A stretch of 64,000 bases of DNA from Felis catus. Taxonomy: Eukaryota. Within the stretch, counting starts at the first letter, position 1. Each line of letters starts with the position of its first letter. This document shows positions 13,201 through 22,511 of the stretch, piece after piece. The notes under the pieces are model-generated. The model did no database searches and had not been told where the DNA came from. It saw nothing but the letters and a program-made list of their open reading frames with translations. The DNA is taken from positions 110,548,001 to 110,612,000 of the forward strand of contig NC_058373.1 in assembly GCF_018350175.1 (NCBI RefSeq), read 5' to 3'. The translations under genes were made by a program, and so were the position numbers.

Positions 13201-14479
13201 TGGATGTTTAAATATAAATTCTAGCCTTAACAGACTGTGCTGCAGTATCACTGCCGTCCTGCGGGAGCCCCTTTGCCAGCAGGCACCCGGGACTGAAGAA
13301 GCAAGTTGCAAGACCTTCTTTATTGACACTGTTGTGTTCAAAGGGGTAAATGGCACATGCACGCAGAGTTCTTGGGGGGGACACAATCGGGATCCCTCCT
13401 GAGAGGGTTGAGGGGGAAGTAGGGTATAGAGAATGTGCCTTTTTAATCACGTACCTTTCTATATTGTTCCTTTAAAACAGACCTGAGAAAGTCACACTTA
13501 TCCAGGTTTTTGTGCTGAACTTCCTTGGAGGTCCCATTTCTGGCACAGCTTTAGCACCATTTATTTTTTTAAGTCATCAGGAAGGACGGTCATGAAGCAC
13601 TAACTACAGGTCCATCCTGTCTGCTCTGTTGGTTCAGCAAATGTTGATTGGGCTTGTACCATGTGCCCTGGGCTCTACCCCTCCCTCCGGAATGTTTTTT
13701 TCCCTGAAATGTTTTCCCTCCTCTTCTTGTTTATCTTCTCTGTTCTTCCTCTCCTGTTTTTTCCTCCCTCTTCTCCCTTATCTTACTGCGTTGGATCCTT
13801 CCAGGAGATGTTGCATCGCCATTGATGCTGATGTAAACACTGCTGGCATTGGCGGAGCAATATTTGTCCTGGTGTCCTTCGTTTTATTGCATTTAATTCC
13901 CTGGGTTCACATCGGTGTTGTCATGCAGTCAGTTTTGCCATCCAAAGAATTGATGGCAGTGCTTCGGAGGCATATGGTAAAGGGATCATGAGTGCGGAGC
14001 CCAAGCTTCACCATGCTTTGTATAGTGCCTGGCACATTGTTCACAACGATGGTGTCAGTTCCTGTTCCAAAGCATCATTTGGGCCCCGTCTGCACAGAGT
14101 TCACTGTTTTTGATGGGTTTTTTAATGTCCTATGAGACGTCATCTGGAATGGGACTTGCCGGGACTTCATCTTGTAAATAAGGGAAGAAAGCAGGCTATT
14201 GTTAGACGTGGTGACTCAAAGATCATCTTAAAGGATTTAGGCTTCCTCATCACCAAAAGCCAGGTGGGTTTATATCCTTAATACTGATAGGAATAGTGAA
14301 CACGATTGGTGGGAGAAGGTGAGTGGAGGGTGGTGTATAAGCCAAAGATAGTAAACCCCTAATATAATAAGTAGTCCAAACTGTTTTTTACCAGATACTG
14401 CTTAGAATGAATGGCCTATCACGAATGCAAGAATTTTCCCAAGGAGGAGTAAAATGTCTTCAGTAAAAATTCAAATGGT

Positions 14480-14720
14480 ACCACTTGCTTTCCCCACCTG
14501 GCAGTATATCTTGGAGATCTTACTATGTCAGCAGCTGGAGACACACCTTGTTTTTTACAGCTGTGTAGTATTTCAGCAGTCCCCTATCGAGGGACAGTTA
14601 CCATCGTTTCATGGTTATTGCTGTTATAAATGAGAGCAGCGAATATTCTCTCATGCATCTGTGCAGTCTGTGTAGAAGCACGTGTTGGGTAAATTGTTAG
14701 TAATGGAATTGCTCAAAAGT
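14480..14720 (-). mobile_element. Old L1M (L1ME-like) fragment
   Basis: Degenerate L1 3'-end motifs (tagtatttc...ttgctgttataaat...aatggaattgct). Confidence 0.5.
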
Positions 14721-15151
14721 GACCTCTAGCTTTAAAATGGGAGCTGACCTTTGGCTAGAAATGTGTCAAGAGAAATGATAACAGAACAAATTTGTAAATT
14801 AGGTTTGTATCTCCATTTTTCAGGAAGGCAGACTTCAAAATTGCACTACTTGCTGCCTGCCAGATGGACTTTTTAAGTCCTCTGACGCCAAAGCCTCTGC
14901 TCCTAACTGTTATTCTGCCCATCAGAGCTGTTCCCGGAAGGCAGCCCCTGCCACGTGGTACAGAAGCAGACTTCCCATTTGTGACCGGTGGAAAGCTGTG
15001 TCCATTTCACTTCCCTCTTGAAGGAAGGGAGAGTGAAAGGCGGAAGAAGCAGAGGGAAGAAATAAAGAGGTTGGGAAGGCTGCTGAGCAATTAATAGCAT
15101 GGGTTTTGTGAACCTGATTCTTCGATCTGTGGTTAAGAAGTGTGATGAAGA

Positions 15152-15246
15152 GGGGCACCTGGCTGGTTCGGTTAGTGGAGCATGTGACTCTTGGTCTCAG
15201 GGCCGTGAGTTTGAGCCCCACGCTGGGAGTAGAGATTACTTAAAAA
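15152..15246 (+). mobile_element. Short older CAN-SINE
   Basis: ggggcacctggctgg...gagcatgtgactctt...gtagagattacttaaaaa. Confidence 0.85.
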
Positions 15247-15254
15247 GTTTTTTT

Positions 15255-15483
15255 TTTTTTTTTTTTTTTAATTTTCTTTTCAACGTTTATTTATTTTGGG
15301 GACAGAGAGAGACAGAGCATGAACGGGCGAGGGGCAGAGAGAGAGGGAGACACAGAATCTGAAACAGGCTCCAGGCTCTGAGCCATCAGCCCAGAGCCCG
15401 ACGCGGGGCTCGAACTCACGGACCGCGAGATCATGACCTGGCTGAAGTCGGACGCTTAACCGACTGCGCCACCCAGGCGCCCC
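15255..15483 (-). mobile_element. Young felid SINE (SINEC_Fc-type) inserted into the tail of the preceding SINE
   Basis: Near-consensus body with intact CpGs; TSD TAAAAAGTTTTTTT. Confidence 0.93.
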
Positions 15484-17852
15484 TAAAAAGTTTTTTTTTA
15501 AGGGTAAAGAGCACTGAGGCTAAAAAAAAAAAACCAAAAAAAAAGCCTGCAGGCTAATTGAAGACCTAAATTCAAGACCTGCAGAAGCATTGGTGCTCGG
15601 AGTACATATTATATGTTGCCAGACAAAGTCCAGTGTCCTTACCTTGGGGCGAGGAGTCCTTCCAGATCACTGGACTCCCCCCCGTTCTTAACCCGTTTCC
15701 GGGCCACTGATGCTTTCCCTCCCCCTATTTGTAATGTTACTGATGAACAGAGCGGACCTTCTCTATTCTGTACTTCAGAGGCTGTCGCCATGCACTGAAG
15801 ATGTTCGTAGTAACACTCCATTCAGAAGAGGCAGCACGCATGTACTGTCAAGTAAAGCAGATTACGACAGAACTCCCGTTGAATTTGTGTTCACTGGTAC
15901 AACCGGACGGTGCCCCGAAACAGATGAAAGTACCAGAGAACACGAGCCACAAGTTCATTTAATGGTGTACCAGGGAAGAGGGTGGTGGGCTGATTCCCAG
16001 AAGGTCTCTCAGATGTGTGTAAGAATTACTGCTAAGGAGTTCTAAGCCATTTTTGGTAGCTACAGGCCCAGGCCCTGGGGATGAGGGCCAGAATGGGAGA
16101 AACGGTAGGACCAGTTGAGATCAGGTAAAGAGGAGTTCAGATAAACAAGCAAACTGCTATTGGCACGCTATGGCTGGTGATATTGACAAGATAAACTGTA
16201 GGAAGGATAATTTCTCATCAGATTGGAGAAATCTATTTATAGCCTGTTTCTCATTATATAATGAGAAGCTACTAATGGAGTAGCAGACAACGATATGGGT
16301 AATAGCTTACTAACTGTCACTTAAGTGAGTTCAGGGATGACGGGTTTCTTTCATGCATGAAATACTGAATACATTTCTTAAAATTCAGATATGGCATCAG
16401 TTTGTAGTCATATCCTAAAGAAAAATCACAGTGCAGTATTTTATTTATAGTACTATATTCTTTGTGAGTGTGTGTGTGTGTGTGTGTATGCACATGTGGT
16501 ACAGGTTGGGGATGAGTTATTTGAAATATACCTTAAATCTTCCCTTCAAATACAAAATCAATTTACCTCAACGTCTTACCAGTTCCCTTCCACTAGTCTT
16601 TCTTTTTTTTCAAGAAAATTAAGTGATAAAAGATCTACAAGTCATTAAAGTGGATTTTGTTGTTTTTAACCTGTCCCTTATTTTATTTCCAACTCCTGCC
16701 TAATAAGACAGCTCTCCTACCTGTCTTCATCTGGATAAGCTCATCTTATTTTTGCCTGAAATTGTTGTAAATGCCTATGTCTAGTAGATTTGGGGAAACT
16801 TGGATCTCAATGAGTAATAGCATCTCAGTTGTTTATGAGTGCCATGGATTTCTTTTGGCTTGTTTAAAGTTCAAAAGTGTCAGCAAGGTTAGCAACCCAT
16901 CTGGGAATATAAACGGCATTTTCACAGGCTGGTGTTGGCTGTCTGCACAAAGATAAACTGAATTCTTAATTACCACTAAAGTAGATGCTAATGGATTTTC
17001 CTGTTTTACAGCTTTCATCTCTAACTTTACCTGTAAGTTTAAGACCCCGACAACTTAGATTCGGCTTTGCTGTTGGGTCCTCGTGTTTCTTTCTTAAGTC
17101 TCAGTGAGAGCTACAGAATCTCACAAAGGTAAAATGTATTTCTGGGAAAACATCCAAAAGCAGATACCAGATTTATTTCCGTGAAGATCAGAATCCTGTC
17201 AAAGAATGGAGGTAGTAAGTACCAGCGCTGTTTGGGAATTCTTTGCTCCGCCTGAACAGGTTCTTCATCTGGACGGTGTCCCGGGGAGGGCCCCTGAGGA
17301 GCCCAGAACTGTAACCCCGGGAGGACCTCACTGCTGGAACTCCCAGGAATGCCCGGGTAGGTATCCTGAAGCCCTCACACCTAAGCCCTCACAGCAACAC
17401 CTCATTGGTTAATGAAACCGATGGGCTAAGTGTACAAATAAATGCTTGCGGTGTGTTTCACTACGCTAGTAACGTAGTGACCGGTTTAGACAAAGACCCA
17501 GAAAACGTATGAAAATACACAACCTAGCCATCCAGTCAGGAAGGAGGGTAGATGTTGTCTGTGCCCTTTGCTCTGATTGGGACTGGAATCGTGAGGAAAG
17601 CAATCTCCTGATCCCCACTCCCGCTTAATCGAGAGGGACAAGATTAAGCAGACATTGTGAATACGTAAGGTATAAAAGATGGATGGGGCCGGGTTCCTGT
17701 GCCCTGACCTCCTCCGCACACAGATTGTATCACCTCCACCTGGCCCCCTAGACTAGGGAGATTAGGGTCTGTCTAGGTCTTGGGCCTCAGAGTCCGTTTG
17801 GCAATGAACCATAATAACACCGTTGCACCCAAAGCCACTCCTAGGATAGCTG

Positions 17853-17855
<3 letters not shown>

Positions 17856-17902
<47 letters not shown>
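17856..17902. repeat. (TG)~23 microsatellite upstream of the AKAP5 CpG island
   Basis: Read directly from the sequence. Confidence 0.95.
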
Positions 17903-17905
<3 letters not shown>

Positions 17906-18089
17906 GTTCTGTGTTTTTTTTTTTTTTTTGTCTCAATTCATATACGTAATTTTCTCTCCAAACGAGCTCTCACCGTGCACAGTTTTGAATCCTTTCAAAA
18001 TGTATCTGCTGTGTCTTTAAATATTTGGTGTGTCGAGGGGGCTTCGATGGCAGTGCCCATAATTTAAAACCAGATTTTGCTACTTTGCA

Positions 18090-18960
18090 TCTCAGGAGGT
18101 GCGGGGCTCACTCCCCCGTCCCCACCCCATCTGCGGGGGGTCTCCCGCCCCGGACCGGACGGGGTCGCGCGGCAGGAACTGGCGCGGGGGCTCGAAGCGC
18201 CGGGTGCGCTCCCACGCGGCGGGGGGGGAGCCTCTCGCAGGCCGCGCCCCCGCCCCCGCCCGCCCTGGCCCCGCCCCGCGCCCGCCAGCCCTCCTGGCGC
18301 GCATTGGAGCCGCGGGCTGTCGCTCCCCGCTCTCTGGGGAGGGGGCGCCGCGGGCTGCGGTCCCACTGCAGAGGGTTGTTCACTGCGGGTACGACCGAGG
18401 CTTCCCGGCCTCCTGGGCGCCCGGCCCCGCGAGCCGCCCCCTGACCTCGGCAGCAGGGTCGCCGAGGACCCCCGCACCCTCGGTAAGTGAGGGACGGCGA
18501 GGGGGTGGCAGGGAAGGGGGTCTGGGCCAGTGTCAGGTCCTCTGGCCGCCCGCGCGGCGGGGTGGGCGCCCACAACCGGGGCCCCCGAGGTGGCCGGGGT
18601 AAGAACCGGGAGGGTCGTCCGTCCGCCCGCATCTCCAGCCAGCGGCCACCCTGGTCAGCTGTGCCCACCCGCCCTCGCCGCGTTACAGCTCGTCCTGGCA
18701 GCAGGGGTTGCGGGGACCGCTTGCCCTTCCTCACCCTCATTTGAGAGGAATGTGATTTGGGGCCCCTGGCCATTCTGTTTGTGCAGACAGCCTGAAGCTG
18801 GGCTATCTGTTCCACGCCCCCGGCACTTTCCTTTTTGAGTTCTTTATCGTGCGCTCCAGCACCTGCCACCAGGCGCGTCCAGCCGAACGAGCCGCCTTCC
18901 TCCGGAGGCAGCTTGGTGGTCCGCATCCGGCCCTGGGAGAGATTCACAGCTTTCCTCGCA
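18090..18960 (+). promoter_or_regulatory. AKAP5: AKAP5 CpG-island promoter with GC boxes and overlapping EGR-type CGCCCCCGC sites (18245-18259)
   Basis: Very high GC and CpG density about 2.5 kb upstream of the AKAP5 coding exon; boundaries approximate. Confidence 0.88.
18300..18482 (+). other. AKAP5: AKAP5 non-coding first exon (start approximate)
   Basis: Consensus donor TCG|gtaagt at 18482/18483 inside the CpG island; matching acceptor ctcttttctctcatcag at 20964/20965. Confidence 0.7.
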
Positions 18961-20029
18961 GGGGCTCGCTCTTTTCCTCCGGGTTTCTCTGCTCAAGGGG
19001 GAAAGGGGCGTTAGACATGAGACTCGGTCAGGAAATGACAACAGGGACTTTAAGATTGCTGTGGCGGTAAGAGTACCCTGCTGGCTAAGGAGGAATCATC
19101 TGCAGACTAACACTCTTCAAAGTTTTAAGGTCTTCAGATTGTATTTTCCCCATTTCGGTTAGGTTTTTGGGGAATTTATTTCTACTGTGATATCCATTCA
19201 AGTGAGCTTCTCAGGCAGTTGCCTTTGGGCAATCCAGGGCAATTTCAAATCCTACAGTCTTAAACATGGTCTAATTTCAATATTTCTATTAGTTATACAT
19301 TCTCTGGCTGGTAAACACTCAGGTGCTGAGAACTGCGAGACAGGAGAAGACTTAAAGAGAGAGCTATAATCAGCTGTGATTCTGGAGCGTATGGAAGCAT
19401 CATTTGAGGAGGGACACCTACAATGTTCATATTTTAGTTCCCGCGCTGTTCTGGGATGATCTTGTCCTTCCATCAGGGGCATCGAGTATGGAACTCCAAC
19501 CTAAAGGAGTACTTAGATCATAAACTGATTTGCAGAGTTCCAGTTCCTCTTGTGGTTCATAGAATCAAGAGCTGCCCAAATAAACCTACAACGCTGAAGG
19601 ATTTACATAAAAATAGTACAAGGAAAGAGTCCCCTTGCTTATTTTAGGACTTGGATCAACAAAAATTGGTACAACTTTTGTTGAGATCATCCCCTCACAT
19701 CTTTGTTCGTTGGTCACGCTATTCTGTGGATTAATTTTATATTTATATGTAACCAATCAGTTTGCCAATCACATAGCTTAGCGATTATCTTTGGCTCCTT
19801 AATTAGTTCCAGAACCAAGAAAACAAAATATAAGGAATTTCAGAAGCTTGATTTTAAAATAACACGAACCCAGTCTAGTCTTGGTTCAATTATGAGTTCA
19901 TGGGCTGTGTTATGGTTAAATAACCATAAGTTAAATTTAAGCAATGAAAACGTTTTTGACTAGTGAATCTAGTGCAGATTAGTATCTCCAAATAATTCAT
20001 TTTCCTGATAAAACTCTATTGCGCACTTT

Positions 20030-20240
20030 CAGAGCTTGGATTCAACCAAAGATTACCTACTAGCTGTGGAATCTCGGGCAAGTTGCTTAACTCTGTGCCT
20101 CAGTTTCTTCCTCTGCAGATAGTGATACCAGCACCTACTCACTTCATAATGTTGTGGGGAAGATTAGAGATGTATGTAAACGTGCTTAGCCTTTCCTAAG
20201 GCACAGATGCTGCTCAATAAATGTTAGTGCTTATTATCAT
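20030..20240 (+). mobile_element. MIR in AKAP5 intron 1
   Basis: tagctgtg...gggcaagttgcttaactctgtgcctcagtttc...gctcaataaatgttag. Confidence 0.8.
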
Positions 20241-20964
20241 TCACTCTTACTGACCTTTGGCTATGTGCTCATTATGGAAAACTTTTGAACAGTAGATACT
20301 TAGGGAAAAAAATGTCAAAATCATACAACTACATTTAAGAGTGGTGAATGACAGTGATGTTAAACTTCCTGAAAGTATGTATGAAAAGTAGCACCTCCCT
20401 GACAGAACATACATTTTTAGAACAGAAACCTTATGGTAGAATGGAAAGAACATTGGAGAGGCAAAGTCTTCAGTTCTAACTCTGGCCATGACCTTGTCTA
20501 ACTGTATGGCTTTCAGCAGTCCAACCACCCACTCTGGAGCTCAATTTCTTCATCTGGCTGGGCTTGAAAAATCTCTAAGATCCTTTGCAGCTGCAGAATT
20601 CTTTACTGCATGTAATAAAAATTACCCTAGCTTGCTTATCACCTTGCCTTTCATTGTTTTGTTAATGTTTGTTTTGTTAACTTGGAATTGAGTCATAAAC
20701 ATTCGTAAAGACAGTGCAATGAAAGAATTGATACCAGATTTGAAAATAATCCAAGATGAAGTTTTAAGAAAGAGAGTAGAGGAAAATAGATTCACATATG
20801 GAAATCTTCTTGATATTTTAATTCTCCAGTTATTTCAGTAAGTTATTCTGTGGGAAACGTGCCTGGTAGAATCATATATGTTCGAAGGAAATCTAGGAAA
20901 TTGTTTTCCTAGAAAGCAATAGGCTGATGGTGAAATAAAATGCCACTCTCTTTTCTCTCATCAG

Positions 20965-21224
20965 GTTGATCCTTAAATAAAATAAAAATCTATCCCGTAA
21001 AGGGCTTTCATGAAGAAATTAAAGAGAGGAAATTACAAGTAATAGAGAAACTAGGAGTTGTACACTGGAGAAGCCACCCAAAATAACTGGAGTAAGACAA
21101 AACGAGTGAATACATCTGGAAGAAATTTTACTTAGTATGGTATTTTTGCCCACTTTTTGGTCATAAAGGCCACTAAGGAAGAAAGAATATAGTTTTCTAG
21201 AGAAAGAACGAGTGTAATGTAAAA
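20965..21224 (+). other. AKAP5: AKAP5 exon 2 5'UTR containing uORFs
   Basis: Strong acceptor ending at 20964; 260 nt before the main ATG. Confidence 0.7.
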
Positions 21225-22511
21225 ATGGAAGCCACAGTTTCTGAAATTCAAGTCGAAAGCAAGGATGAGAAGAGACCAACAGAAGTCAGTCCTCAAGATG
21301 AGCGGCAGGAGGAAAAAGCATCAGTGCTTTGCTTCAAGAGAAGAAAGAAAGCAGCCAAAGAGATGAAGCCCAAAGCTAGCTCTAAAGCTGCTGGTGCAGC
21401 AAGAACGGGTCCCCCAGAGGCGGGAGCTTCTGATCAGCCCCAGGCCCCAGTGGGGGCCTGGGCGTCAATCAAACGTCTTGTAAGGCACAGGAAAAGGTCA
21501 GAAGCTTCAAAGCAGCAAAAGCCCTTTGAGGCTAAAGTGCAACCTGAAATCAGTGCCGAGGATGCTGATCTTTCTAGGAAAAAGGCAAAATCCAGACTCA
21601 AGATTCCCTGCATAAAATTCTCAAAAGGAGAGAAAAGAAGTAATTCCAAAATTATAGAAGACTCCGACTGCAGCCTCAGAGTCCAGGGAGAGGCCGAACG
21701 TTTGGATACGGAAGCTCCGACCCAATCCGATGAGCAGGCAACCACGCCCAAGTTGCCCCAGGATGTGAGTAAAGCTGTCTCACAGAAAGGGGGCGATGAG
21801 GTCTGTGAGCCAAATGGGAGCCACAGCACAACGGCACCTGGGGAAAAAGTGATTGCAGTAGAACTTGGGTTAGACACGGGGCATTCTGCCATTCACACAG
21901 GAACTCTAGTCATTGAACGAGATACTGAAACAACTGAGGAAAAACAAAGCGTTCAACCCCAGCAAGCAAGCCCACTTGAACCTTCAGAAACACAACAGCA
22001 ACCCCCTTTGGTTTCTGATGTTCCTCCCTCACCTGCAGTCCCAGATCAGCAAATTGTGGAAGAAGCCAAAAGCAATATCCTAGAAAGTGGACCAAATTGG
22101 AAACAGCACGAAAGTGGAGAGATTGTTGCTGAAGAGAGTGAGCCAAAAGATACTGAACTGAGCCAGGAATCAGAGCTTAGAGGAAATGAGGTCACTGCAG
22201 AGAAACCAAAACCAGAAGAAAGCAAAAGAATGGAGCCAATTGCTATTATTATTACAGACACTGAAATCAGTGAATTTGATGTTAAGAAATCTAAAAATGT
22301 CCCTAAGCAATTCTTAATTTCAATTGAAAACGAGCAAATAGGGGTTTTTGCTAATGATAGTGGTTTTGAGGGTAGAACTTCAGAACAATACGAAACACTC
22401 TTAAAAGAAACGGCTTCTTCTCTTGTCAAGAATGCTATTCAGTTGTCTATAGAACAGCTGATTAATGAAATGGCCTCTGATGATAATAAAATAAACAATC
22501 TTCTGCAGTGA
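21225..22511 (+). CDS. AKAP5: A-kinase anchor protein 5 (AKAP79/75 type), 428 aa, single coding exon
   Basis: Polybasic membrane-targeting regions with Cys (LCFKRRKK, KIPCIKF), WASIKRLV calmodulin motif, PIAIIIT calcineurin site, C-terminal PKA-RII helix ETASSLVKNAIQLSIEQL; no rodent AKAP150 octapeptide repeats. Confidence 0.98.
   Translation: MEATVSEIQVESKDEKRPTEVSPQDERQEEKASVLCFKRRKKAAKEMKPKASSKAAGAARTGPPEAGASDQPQAPVGAWASIKRLVRHRKRSEASKQQKPFEAKVQPEISAEDADLSRKKAKSRLKIPCIKFSKGEKRSNSKIIEDSDCSLRVQGEAERLDTEAPTQSDEQATTPKLPQDVSKAVSQKGGDEVCEPNGSHSTTAPGEKVIAVELGLDTGHSAIHTGTLVIERDTETTEEKQSVQPQQASPLEPSETQQQPPLVSDVPPSPAVPDQQIVEEAKSNILESGPNWKQHESGEIVAEESEPKDTELSQESELRGNEVTAEKPKPEESKRMEPIAIIITDTEISEFDVKKSKNVPKQFLISIENEQIGVFANDSGFEGRTSEQYETLLKETASSLVKNAIQLSIEQLINEMASDDNKINNLLQ

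Noticed and set aside
15710..16045. 111-aa intergenic ORF with some retained CpGs
   Set aside because: No recognisable domain or exon structure; it may be an enhancer, but nothing in the sequence supports a call
18025..19070. Many overlapping long ORFs (up to 279 aa) on both strands
   Set aside because: Low-complexity Arg/Gly/Pro/Ala translations expected from a stop-poor CpG island; no recognisable domain
21434..22429. Antisense ORFs (152 aa and 127 aa) over AKAP5
   Set aside because: Shadow frames of the real CDS
22483..22495. Two AATAAA hexamers at the end of the AKAP5 CDS
   Set aside because: They are dictated by the DNKINN codons, and there is no clear GU-rich downstream element; use as a polyA signal cannot be supported
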